Positions 53,589-64,000 of a stretch of DNA of 64,000 nt are shown in pieces. Numbering within the stretch: position 1 is the stretch's first letter; each line of letters begins with the position of its first letter. This stretch comes from an uncultured Methanomicrobiaceae archaeon (GTDB taxonomy: Archaea; Halobacteriota; Methanomicrobia; Methanomicrobiales; Methanoculleaceae), in the NCBI GenBank assembly GCA_963826525.1, contig CAWGXH010000003.1, positions 352,001 through 416,000 on the forward strand. The letters run 5' to 3'. The position numbers were made by a program, and so were the translations under genes. A model generated the notes under the pieces. The model was given only the letters and a program-made list of their open reading frames with translations, ran no database searches and was not told the origin of the DNA.

Positions 53589-54653
53589 ATGCAGTATATT
53601 CAACCTAGACCGAGTTCGATCGTGGCAGCGCTCTACACCGCGCGCGACCTCGGGGTCGACGTGGCCGTCCTGCACGGGCCGTCGGGATGCTCGTTTAAGC
53701 ACGCCCGGCTCCTCGAGGAGGACGGGATGCGTGTCCTGACCACATCGCTCGCCGACAACGAGTTCATCTTCGGCGGCCAGGAGGCGCTCGAACGGGTGCT
53801 CCGCTACGCGGAAGAGCACTTCTCACCGCATCGCATCGCGGTCGTCGGCACCTGCGTCGCCATGATCATCGGCGAGGACCTGCCGTCGGCTATCCACGAC
53901 TCGGGGATCACGACACCGGCAATCGCGGTGGATATCCACGCGGGATACCGCGAGAATATCGAAGGCGTCATCGCGACCCTCGAACCGGCGGCTGCCGCCG
54001 GCTGGATAAGCGAGGAAGAACTCGCCCGGCAGCGCTACCTTCTCGCGAAGGCGAACGAGGTCGAACGGCTCCGCGGGGCGGCCTGCAAGACGTACATCGA
54101 GCCCTCCCGGGGCGACCTCAAGCACATCGCCGCCGGCCGGCTCCTCGAGCTCGCCCGCTCCGGTGCCCGGGGCGTCGCTATCATGAACGCCAAGAAAGAG
54201 ACCGCCTACATGTTCGCCGACGAGCTGCTCGCCCTCCACGACGCCTGCCCGGAGGCGAACGTCACCTACCTCGCCAACCTCGAAGACCGGGGTCTTCCGA
54301 AGGTGCGGGCGGACGGCGCCCGGATCCTCGCCGGGATGCGCGAGCGCGGCGTCGACCCCGAGCTCCTCGGGGCGCTCGACGAGTACGGGGCGAACGGCAC
54401 CGCCATCGGCGAGCGGCTCCGCGCTCTCTCGCCCGACTTCGCCCTCATCGTCGGGGTGCCGCACGCCGTCCCGCCGGAGTATACGGCAGGGATCGAGGTG
54501 ATCTCGATCACGAACGGTCCCCGGCAGGTCGAGCCGCTCCGCGATATCGGCCACGCCCACGTGGTCGTCGAGGTCGACCTTCACCCGAAGACGCTCGGCG
54601 TCCGCGAGATCGTCGAGAGCGAGTTCGGCGCCGTACTGCGGAGCCTTGCATGA
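53589..54653 (+). CDS. cfbD: Ni-sirohydrochlorin a,c-diamide reductive cyclase catalytic subunit (NflD)
   Basis: QPRPSSIVAALYT, LHGPSGCSFKHARLLEEDG, NAKKETAY. Confidence 0.95.
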   Translation: MQYIQPRPSSIVAALYTARDLGVDVAVLHGPSGCSFKHARLLEEDGMRVLTTSLADNEFIFGGQEALERVLRYAEEHFSPHRIAVVGTCVAMIIGEDLPSAIHDSGITTPAIAVDIHAGYRENIEGVIATLEPAAAAGWISEEELARQRYLLAKANEVERLRGAACKTYIEPSRGDLKHIAAGRLLELARSGARGVAIMNAKKETAYMFADELLALHDACPEANVTYLANLEDRGLPKVRADGARILAGMRERGVDPELLGALDEYGANGTAIGERLRALSPDFALIVGVPHAVPPEYTAGIEVISITNGPRQVEPLRDIGHAHVVVEVDLHPKTLGVREIVESEFGAVLRSLA

Positions 54654-56024
54654 AGACGTTCCTGGTCGCCGGAGACCGGTCGGGGAGCGGGAAGACGAGC
54701 ATCACGCTGGCGCTCTCCGCCCTCCTCTCGAAGGATAAGCAGGTGCAGACCTTCAAGGTCGGGATGGACTATATCGATCCCTCCTACCTCACCGGCGTCA
54801 CCGGCCGGCCGTGCCGGAACCTGGACGGCTACGTGATGACCCCGAAGCAGCGCCGGATGGTCTTCGATCACGGCTGCCGGGGTGCTGACGTCGCCGTCGT
54901 CGAGGGCGTCCGGGGACTCTTCGAGGGCGCCGAGGCGCTCACCGATCTCGGGAGCACGGCAGAGATCGCAAAACAGACTCGATCTTCCCGTGCTGCTTGT
55001 CATCAACGCCCGAAGCATTACCCGGAGCGCGGCCGCGATCGTGAAGGGGTTCATGGCCTTCGATCCGAACGTCCGGATCAAGGGCGTCATCTTAAACAAC
55101 CTCACCGGGAGCCGCCACCGGGAGAAAGCGGTGGCCGCGGTCGAGCACTACTGCGGCGTCCCGGTCGTCGGCACCATCCCGCGGACCGAGGAGATGGAGC
55201 TTGCGATGCGGCACCTCGGGCTCGTCCCCTACCGCGAGGGGACGGAGCACGACGCGTTCCACCAGCGGATCGACCTGATTACGGAGAAGATCGGCGAGCA
55301 CGTCGACCTCGACCTCCTCGGCGAGCTTGTCGAAGACCGTGCGCCGCCGGGTGAGCCGGACGCTTTCTTCGCGGCACCCGACCCCGACATCCGGATCGGC
55401 GTCGCCCTCGACGAGGCGTTCAACTTCTACTACTCGGACCTCTTCGACGTCCTCGCCGCACTCGGGGCGGAGGTCGTTCCCTTCTCGCCGATCCACGGTT
55501 CATTGCCCGAGGCGGACGGCTACGTCCTCGGCGGCGGCTACCCCGAGCTCTTCGGGCCCGAGCTCGAGGCGAACGCGTCCCTCCGCGAGGCGCTCTCGGA
55601 GGAGTCTCGGCGGGGAACGCCGATCTACGCCGAGTGCGGCGGGCTGATCTACCTCACGGACCGGCTGGTGCTCAAGGCAGGGTTCCAGGGTTCGGAGCAA
55701 CAGCAGGTCTACGATATGGCAGGCGTCTTTCCGGGCGAGACCCGGATGCCCTCCCGGCGGATGCTCGGGTACGTTGTCGGAACGAGCGATGCGAAGAGCC
55801 CCCTCGGGGCGGCAGCGTTCAAGGGCCACGAATTCCACTACAGCGACGTGCGGCTCGAAGACGGGGTGCGCTACTCCTACCGCCTCTCCCGGGGCGGCGG
55901 GATCGAGGGCGGCCTCGACGGGGCGACCGTCGACCGGACGCTCGGGAGCTACACCCACCTGCACCCGGTGACGAGCCGGGGAATGTTTCAGCATTTCGTC
56001 GATCAGTGCCGCATCCGGAGCTGA
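54650..56024 (+). CDS. cfbB: Ni-sirohydrochlorin a,c-diamide synthase (frameshift near 54975)
   Basis: GDRSGSGKT, FKVGMDYIDP, MRHLGL, GGGYPE, YAECGG, GHEFHYS. Confidence 0.92.
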
Positions 56025-56112
56025 ATCCTCCGGCCGCACGCTCTTTTTGCTCTGATTCCGGCATCGGAGATGAAACGGAACTATTGTAAAGAGCAGGTGC
56101 CAAAATCAGTAT

Positions 56113-56979
56113 ATGATCATCTATCTTGACGGCAGATATGTTCCCGAAGAGGAGGCGAAGGTTTCGGTCTTCGACCACGGCCTGCTCTACGGGGACGGTG
56201 TTTTTGAGGGTATCCGCGCCTATAACGGGAGGGTCTTCCGGCTGGAGGCGCACCTCGAGCGGCTCTACGACTCGGCAAAGACGCTCGACCTGAAGGTCCC
56301 GATCTCCCGGGAGGAGATGACCGAGGTCATCAAGGAGACGCTCCGGAAGAACAACCTCAGCGACGCCTACATCCGCCCGATCGTCACCCGCGGCAAGGGC
56401 GACCTCGGCCTCGATCCCCGGAAGTGCCCGAAGCCGACGGTTATCGTTATCGCGGTCTCGTGGGGCGCGATGTACGGCGATCTCTATGATAAGGGGCTCA
56501 AGGCGGTCACGGTCTCGGTGCGGCGGACGCCGGCGGAGTCGATGCCCCCGAACGTCAAGAGCCTGAACTACTTAAACAACATCCTCGCCAAGATCGAGGC
56601 GAACTACAAGGGCGGCGACGAGGCGATCTTCTTCGACACGAACGGCTACGTCTCGGAGGGCTCGGGGGACAATATCTTCGTCGTCAAGAACGGCGAGATC
56701 GTCACGCCGCCGACCCTGAACAACCTGCGCGGGATCACCCGGATAGTCGTCCTCGAGATCGCCCGCTCGCTCGGCATCACCGTCCGGGAGCAGAACCTCG
56801 GCTACTACGATCTCTACTCCGCCGACGAGGTTTTCGTGACGGGAACGGCGGCCGAAGTCGCCCCGATCCGCGATATCGACGGCCGCAGCATCGGCACCGG
56901 CAAGCCCGGCCCCGTCACCCGGCAGATGATGGCGGCCTTCCACCACGTGACCGAGACGGAAGGCACGCCGATAGCGTGA
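56113..56979 (+). CDS. ilvE: Branched-chain amino acid aminotransferase
   Basis: [37 protein letters not shown]. Confidence 0.95.
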   Translation: MIIYLDGRYVPEEEAKVSVFDHGLLYGDGVFEGIRAYNGRVFRLEAHLERLYDSAKTLDLKVPISREEMTEVIKETLRKNNLSDAYIRPIVTRGKGDLGLDPRKCPKPTVIVIAVSWGAMYGDLYDKGLKAVTVSVRRTPAESMPPNVKSLNYLNNILAKIEANYKGGDEAIFFDTNGYVSEGSGDNIFVVKNGEIVTPPTLNNLRGITRIVVLEIARSLGITVREQNLGYYDLYSADEVFVTGTAAEVAPIRDIDGRSIGTGKPGPVTRQMMAAFHHVTETEGTPIA

Positions 56980-57052
56980 TCGCCTGACGGAAATCCCGGC
57001 AGCAAAACTTTTTTATCTGCATCCGACGTAGTAGTATGGCACAACTGTGCGC

Positions 57053-57126
57053 GCTGCTATAGTGTAGGGGCCAATCATGTCGGCCTTTCACGCCGACGAC
57101 AGGGGTTCAAATCCCCTTAGGCAGCA
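57053..57126 (+). tRNA. tRNA-Glu(TTC)
   Basis: Anticodon arm TCGGC-CTTTCAC-GCCGA; T arm AGGGG-TTCAAAT-CCCCT; acceptor GCTGCTA/TAG(G)CAGC with one extra G. Confidence 0.9.
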
Positions 57127-57216
57127 TGTTCTGTTTTATGAAATATGAGATGTGTGCTTTATCATAGTAACTGACCCATACTCAAGAGATACAATCTGTA
57201 TCCCTTAATGAATGTA

Positions 57217-59110
57217 TCATTTCTTAGGGTTTAAGTGTTTATGAGCATATTTGTAAAACTCATCAACATTCAATAGTTGTAGACTATTGCCCGATCGGAT
57301 GAAGAATTCGCATTTACTATTATCGTTTACAAAAACAGGCTCTGGTGAAGGAGCGACTTTTACTATACATACCTCTTTGCTATTTGAATTTTTTTGGAAC
57401 TCGACGCTAATATACTGCCGCAAATAAATTCCCAGCATTTTGTTTATTGCTGCATTTAATCGCAGTTCAAAACCGTCACTATTCTGAAGTCGCTTTTCCT
57501 TCAGACAGGCGTAGTCGTTTTCCAAGCCGACAACCTCTCCATCTCTTACGCCAATAACTAAAGTTCCTCCATTAAAATTTAAAAAACTGGCAGATCGATC
57601 TTACAATATCATGTACCAATGTCTTCTTACAGCAGCATTCTATGTAACTCCATAACATAGAAGATTTAAATTCAAGTTTCTCGCTCTCATCATGCTGGAT
57701 CAGTAATTCAAGAGGGATATTATCTTCAAAATTTGCATTCCCTACCTTATCTACGAGATATTTTTTAAGATAGTCTTCATCTACATCAATCTGTCGAACT
57801 ATGATCGAATCCCTCTTTTTGGAAGGTATTGATACAAGATTCAGCCCTGGCATGCATATCACCTCCGTGACCAGAATAATCTGTTCCACAGGTGAGAAAT
57901 ACAATCCAGCCTCGATCCACTCCGCCATAGTTGAGATCCGTTATTTAAGACAGCATACACTATAGAAATAGCCTGCGACTCCCTCAACAGGATGTCGAAT
58001 CCTTAAAACAACGACTTTTTCATCATCACTCTTTTCTGCGTATTTCACCACCCCATAGAGAAATGGGATAAAGGCGAATACGCTCGAAAAATCCCATATT
58101 TTTTGAGTGTCAAGGAAATTTACAGGAATCCACGTGAAGTAATAATCGATCAATTTAAAACGAGATTCCTCGTCGGTCAAATTTATTAAATATCCCGGCT
58201 CCTTTACCTTTGTGCGATCTAAAATCGGGCATCAGTGTTTTTTTTTCGTACCCGGGAGGAAGTCTAAAAATAGGCTCTAAATCCCGCCACCTTGTTTCAA
58301 GAGGCTTGATATACAAGTCGTAGAACTCTGAATAGTGTGAATCCAAGTTATTCCCATCCCGCTATAAGCCTGCCTCGCTCTCGATCAGCGGAATAAATCA
58401 GTTGCTCTATAAAGTTTCTTCCCTTAAGAATTTTGTAATTATCTGCATTTAGCAAATCAGGTGCTTTATGCAGTTCTTTTGCTGGTGAATCTTCAAATTT
58501 CTGTTTACCGAGAAGCGTTGAAACCAAATATACTCAAGTGCATAGGCGTATCCTTGAAGATCTTCTACGCCCGGTTGAGTTACTGATCTGTCTAATAGTA
58601 TACTTCGTGCTCCAGCAGGAAAGCCAGCTCTGGTGTCGTTTAAGCTACGAAGAACATAAGATAAAGCAACATATTTACGCGCCAGTTCTTTGGATTCGTT
58701 CGAATTAACCTCTGATCGATCAATAATCTTCTGAAATACTTCTGTTACATCCTGCATGCGATGAATTGCCAATATTAATTCTTCTTTAGTTTCGGCAGAG
58801 TGTATTCGTTCAGCATGATTCCAGATAGTCTTTAGTGCAACCGCCTTTTCGCACGAGTTTGGGAAATTTTCTAAATTTACTGACCCAACCGCGTGTTGAT
58901 ATGTACAGATCCTCTTCCAACTGAAGCGACTGATCATCCATTACCACATCAAAAATAGATACCGAACAGACGAAAATAAAATATCGATATCCCTCAAAAA
59001 ATGAGGTAAAATCGGAAATATTATGGTGTTCTTGAAGCCATGTCTCAAAAGAGTGAACATTAGAAGCGATTTTTAAAAATCTGAACGGATGCAATTAGGT
59101 CGTCGAGCAT
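57217..59110 (-). CDS. Fragmented large protein with C-terminal Schlafen/AlbA_2 domain (may be more than one gene)
   Basis: ESEKLEFKSS..W, ASFLNFNGGTLVIGVRD, EFFIRSGNS; chain of abutting minus-strand ORFs in AT-rich DNA. Confidence 0.7.
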
Positions 59111-59492
59111 TAATGAAATTATAATCCGATCTATGTAAAAGTTATGTGATGTTATCAGCACACATTTAGGCCTTAGATAGTCAATCCCTTCGGTGTATGC
59201 CTAATAAAAGGATGTGCCCGGTTCTTGTACTATTTTTTCTTGTGGTAAAACTGCGGGCTGCAGTGATTTTGGTAGTGCTCCACTCATAAATAAAAATTAA
59301 TTTCAGAGGGTATGATCGCATTACACAGAGCAATGATCGTGTTCATACAAAAAATTCACATAGGGAGATTGTTTCCATTACAGTTATTTTTAGAGCACCA
59401 TCGATACATTGAGATTTGCCAAACCGATTGAAATATAAGGAATACCTAAAGTGTTCTCACAAAATAGTTTCCACTCTCAAGGCGGTACTTAT

Positions 59493-60404
59493 TCATTTCA
59501 TCGGCGAGAATGTCATTAAATATGTTCTCGACCTTTTGAAGTGTGGTGATATATTCCTCGATTCGCTGAAGGAGATAGGTATTTCTTTTTTTAATTTGCA
59601 TTCAATTCCACTCTGGTTAAGGAACGTTCTATCTGCTATGCCTAGGTTGTGAACGATTACATTTCTCTTTTGCATCAGTAAATTCATCTGTCTTAAGGTG
59701 TCTTCGCCTAACTTATCACTTAAGATAATTCCCAAATTGTCCTTATAGGCTTTTTTGACCTTTCCCATGTTAATAAAGTCATTTTTGACCTCTGAGTAAA
59801 AGCGAGGAAAAAGCGAACTACCGTGTCGTACAAAGCGAATATTCAATAATACGCAGAAATTCTCTTTTAGGTATACTTCTGCTGATGTTGCTAATAAGAT
59901 AATGCACTGTTCAAGCAGCACTCTTTCTGTCACGTTTTCTGTCAAGTGCTTTTCAGAGTTTTCGGGGGTATCATTTGATGTTTTATTTTTCCATTCAACT
60001 GCCAGTTGATAGATCACATTGACTTTACTAGCCCACCGATCAATTTTTCATGCGGGTTTGTTTCCCCGCAAAAAACACAGGTCCAGGGGGTCTGTTCTAT
60101 CCTTCTCTCTCTGTTCCTTTGGCATCGCGAGTAAACCTGAATTACTACAATAAGGGCAAGTGCCAAAGAAAGACTAAATATGAAGATTTAGCCAGAAGTT
60201 CACTAATATCCTTGAAATTTCTGGTTTTTAATCTTGTATCGATTAAATGGCATAAGGTTTGGTTATTCTCCTGAATAAAAACCTCCCGCAGCCAATGTAA
60301 GAGTGATTCCTTCTGAAAATCATCAGAATGCTCAATGAGAGTTTCATCTATCCTATGGTAAGGGATTGTCGAGTAAATCAATATGGTGTTAGTAATATGG
60401 GCAT
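59493..60404 (-). CDS. Zn-ribbon plus HEPN domain protein (frameshifted)
   Basis: TCPYC...TCVFCG across frames; SAEVYLKE and RNVIVH (Rx4H) NLG HEPN signature. Confidence 0.65.
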
Positions 60405-60608
60405 ATTACTGCTTCTCAAATTTCCTAATCCAACAAGTTACCATGGGTTGCCGCCCCGCAATCGATAATGTAGCCCTTTCTCTGGCGAAAGCCTGAGTTT
60501 TTGGTCATTTTTGGCAAGGAATCCGCTGCAACCTGCGCGAGTTCCCCCCAGTGGGCCTGGGCAGTTGGAACCCCTACCCTGATGAGAGTAAACCCTCCTC
60601 CCATCGCC

Positions 60609-60877
60609 CCAAAAGAAGCCCAAATCGCCGCCCTTTTCCGATTCTAACGAAGGTTCCCGATCCCGGATCCCGCCACGAAAATTAACCGAAGTATCTGGCC
60701 CCGATTCCCAAAATACGGCAGAATAGCGAGGCCATATCGGCGATATTTCCGGCAGTAATTTCCAGACGATGTTTCCTATGGCTCGCCCCGAGATCGGCCG
60801 TCTGAGGGCTTCTGTGAGGGTCGTTTTTTCGACGGATTCGGCCCGGATTGCCGATATGTAAGCGTTGCCGAACCCTT
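60609..60877 (+). repeat. Non-coding element copy B (CRISPR-leader-like, ends in stub GTTGCCGAACCCTT)
   Basis: Inverted homologue of 24496-24752 with conserved block spacing. Confidence 0.8.
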
Positions 60878-61419
60878 GCCGTGTTGCACGCATCCCGCCG
60901 TTGGTCTTCAGGCGATATTACTTCTGTGCATTTCTTCATGCCACGCTATAACCAGCATGGTGCAGCAGTTCATACCGGCAGGCATGGATCGATCATCCGC
61001 GTCGGATACCCGGAACGTCCGCAGGCATACGGCAGAATCCCCGGCACGGCTTCTGGATTGAAAAGTGCTCCGCCCATCCGTCTTCCCGGTATGCAGTATA
61101 CCCGTCACAGAGATCCGGGGTCGAAACAGGATCGTCCTCGAAACGCCATGCCTGCATACCGGCAGGAAGGAGCAGCACCGGCCGCGGAAAAACCGGATAC
61201 TGTTCCGCATCGCACTCACGGAAGGGGATATGGAACGTACATACGATAGAAAGTCAGTATGTGGAATCAGTTTCATGCAACCGCCTCTCTTGTAGCGTAC
61301 AATCATGAAACGCTACATTTAATATCGGTGATTCCTCAGTAGAATTCATATAGTCCTAACGTTTTTTTCAGGGTATCCCTGAAATAACCCTCTTTGCAAT
61401 ACTGGTTTGGTGAATTATT

Positions 61420-64000
61420 ATGGGTAAAACGAGAATCCTTGTGAAAACCTTTCTCCTGCTCCTGGTATGTACATGCATCGTTGGAGGCGTGCAGGCAGTT
61501 GAATTATATGAATTTGCGGCACAATGGGGCTCCTTTGGCTCTGATGACGGGCAGTTCGTCAGGCCGGAGGGGATCTGTGTCGACAGTAAGGGGAACGTCT
61601 ATGTAACGGATACGTATTACGTTGCAGATAGCGGCAGTATACAGGAGATAAACAACCGGATCCAGAAGTTCGACAGTGCACGGCACCTTCATCACAAAAT
61701 GGGGATCAAATGGAACCGGGGCGGGCCAGTTCTCGTATCCCAGGGGAATAGCGGCGGATGGAGACGACATGCTATACGTCGTCGAACAGAACAATCACCG
61801 CGTTCAGAAGTTTGATGCCGATGGCTTGTACCTGACAGAATGGGGATCGGAGGGGTCAGGTGACGGTCAGTTCAAGAAGCCGGGCGGCATTGCAGCGGAT
61901 AGTGCGGGCAACATCTATGTGGCAGATACGCAGAATCATCGGATCCAGAAGTTTGATTCGACCGGCACCTTCATCACCACATGGGGTGCCCAGGGATCGG
62001 GCAATGGCCAGTTTAACTTTCCTTTAGCCATTGCCGTCAGTTCTGATGACTATATCTATGTGGGCGATGAGAATTACCGGATCCAGAAGTTCGACGCAAA
62101 CGGCACCTTCATCACCAGATGGGGCTCAGAGGGCATGGGCGACGGTCGGTTCACCTATCCGCCGAGCGGTATGGCGGTGGACGAAGCCGGGAACCTCTTC
62201 GTTGCCGAAGGTCAGTACTATACCGGGACCGGGCTGCTGTACCGTATTCAGAAGTTCGATGCGAACGGGACATTTATCACCAAATGGGGATACCGTGGCA
62301 CAGGTGAGGGGGGGTTCCAGTATCCACGAGGTGTTGCAGTCGATCGGAACGGCCTCGTCTTTGTGGCAGACGGGTGGTTGAAAAGTCAACCCCACCGGAT
62401 CCAGACGTTTGCTCTTCAAAGAGATGATCTGATCGTCAACTTCACCGGAGAACCAGGAGAAGGAGACTCTCCACTCTTCGTAAACTTCACCGATACATCC
62501 ACCGGAACCCCGACAGCATGGTCCTGGACATTCGGCGATGGGAACACCTCTACCGAACAGCACCCAAGCAACATCTATACCTCGCCCGGAACCTACAACG
62601 TCTCACTGACGGTCGAGAACGCAGTGGGGAGCAACACCACAACAAAGAATGGATATATCACCGTCCATGATCTGATAGCAGGTTTCATCGGAGAGCCACG
62701 AGAAGGAGATTTTCCACTCCTTGTGAATTTCACCGATACATCCACCGGGTCACCGACATCATGGTTGTGGACGTTTGGAGATGGGGGATCCGCTACCGAG
62801 CAGCACCCAAACTATACCTATACCGCACCCGGCAACTACAGCGTCTCACTCACTGTTGAGAATGCAGGTGGAAGTAATACAACAACAGAGGATGCGTATA
62901 TCATCGCCAGGGACTGGGTCAAAGCAGACTTCACCGTAGATACCACTGAAGGTGTTGCTCCCCTGACGGTACAATTTACCGACACCTCAACCGGAGGTCT
63001 TGCACCGCCGGATGCATGGGAATGGACATTTATACGCTTTGACGATATCGAATGGCAGTATACCACGAATGAACAGAACCCGAGCTACACATTTACAATA
63101 CCTGATTATTATATTATTTCACTCCACGTAGCGAGGGATAATGTAACCGATATAGCGGTTTTAAGTGACGGGATCAGGGTGACGCAGGCACCGCCTGTCG
63201 CCAATTTCATCGGAAATACCACCAACGGCCCTGCTCCGCTGACCGTTCAATTCACCGATACCTCGACCGGGAATGCATCAGAATGGAACTGGGACTTTGG
63301 AGATGGCGTCACCTCAACAGAACAGCATCCACTGAAAACCTATGGTATACCCGGCCTCTACACCGTATCACTGAATGCAACCAACGATGGTGGAAGCAGC
63401 CTTGAAACGAAGACCGATTATATCACGGTCACCGGTTCACCAACACCGCCTCTCGCGAATTTTGCTGGAACACCGACAACAGGGGCAGCCCCACTTACCG
63501 TTCAGTTTACCGATCTCTCGACCAGAGGGCCAACGCAATGGTTCTGGCAATTTGGAGACGGAACCAATTCCACAGCCCAAAACCCGAAAAAGACCTTTAC
63601 CACAGCCGGCACCTATACCGTATCGCTCACTGCAACAAATGCAGCCGGAGGTGACGGTGTAACAAAGACCGATTATATCACGGTCACCATCCCCGTACCG
63701 CCTGCTGCGAACTTCACCGGGACACCCAGAACAGGAACAGTACCTCATACCGTACAGTTCACCGATCTCTCGACCGGGAACCCGACAGAATGGTTCTGGC
63801 AGTTCGGGGATGGAACGAACTCGACCCAGCAGAATCCGCTGAAGGTCTACACCACTGCCGGGAGCTACTCCATTTCACTCAATGCAACAAATGCACAGGG
63901 CAGCAGCAGTACGACAGAAGATAATTACATAACAGTCACCGATGGGCCAACACCACCGACCGCAGCATTCTCCGGTGCACCCACAAACGGCACTGCACCG
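61420..64000 (+). CDS. Secreted NHL-repeat plus multiple-PKD surface protein (frameshift near 61680; runs off the window edge)
   Basis: Signal peptide; repeats WGSxGSGDGQF..RIQKFD; repeats VxFTDxSTGxPTxWxWxFGDG. Confidence 0.9.

Noticed and set aside
50622-53819. Long opposite-strand ORFs such as 50622..52403 (+) and 52311..53819 (-); also 6877..8340
   Set aside because: Shadow ORFs of GC-rich genes; the other strand carries clear conserved proteins.
60880-61260. Possible degenerate CRISPR array (GGATTGAAAAG; CATACCGGCAGG twice)
   Set aside because: No regularly spaced repeat-spacer units, only short scattered matches; no cas genes in the window.
57126-61400. Intact provirus or integrative element at tRNA-Glu
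   Set aside because: No integrase, structural genes or attR duplicate of the tRNA 3' end were seen.
652-62000. Frameshifts in many genes as programmed frameshifting or mass pseudogenisation
   Set aside because: They hit essential genes (alaS, cfbA/B/E, hisH) at scattered positions with no shared slippery motif; best explained as long-read indel errors.
61500-64000. Nucleotide repeats in the last 2.5 kb
   Set aside because: Explained by NHL and PKD protein repeats.

Overview
GC-rich methanogen DNA, most like Methanomicrobiales (Methanoculleus-like), judged from the cfb F430 genes, methanogenesis marker 9, tfe, aTrm56 and PEGA/PKD surface proteins. Many conserved genes (alaS, hisH, cfbA/E/B, mbhM, the DUF39-CBS gene) carry single-base indels. 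These are most likely uncorrected long-read errors, so frameshifts alone are not taken as pseudogenisation. Core content: tfe/trm56 cluster, homocysteine-synthesis cluster, alaS, an RHH-fused acyl-CoA synthetase, hisH, a 14-gene Mbh-type [NiFe] hydrogenase operon with a convergent hycI, a stress block (MutY-like, TreT-like, UvsE, five fasciclin genes, PAS protein), citG/DUF447/marker 9, cfbA-E-D-B, ilvE, tRNA-Glu and an NHL-PKD surface protein. Highlights: (1) an archaeal polymorphic-toxin locus at about 10.4-15.85 kb (PEGA-PEGA, DxDxDG repeats, pre-toxin segment, putative RNase tip, then SMI1/KNR4 and orphan tip/immunity cassettes) bracketed by IS1634-type ends; (2) an AT-rich defence-like island after tRNA-Glu (Zn-ribbon-HEPN plus a Schlafen/AlbA_2 protein); (3) two diverged copies, 36 kb apart and inverted, of a non-coding element of about 260 bp that looks like an orphan CRISPR leader with a repeat stub. 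All calls were made by eye; no searches were run.
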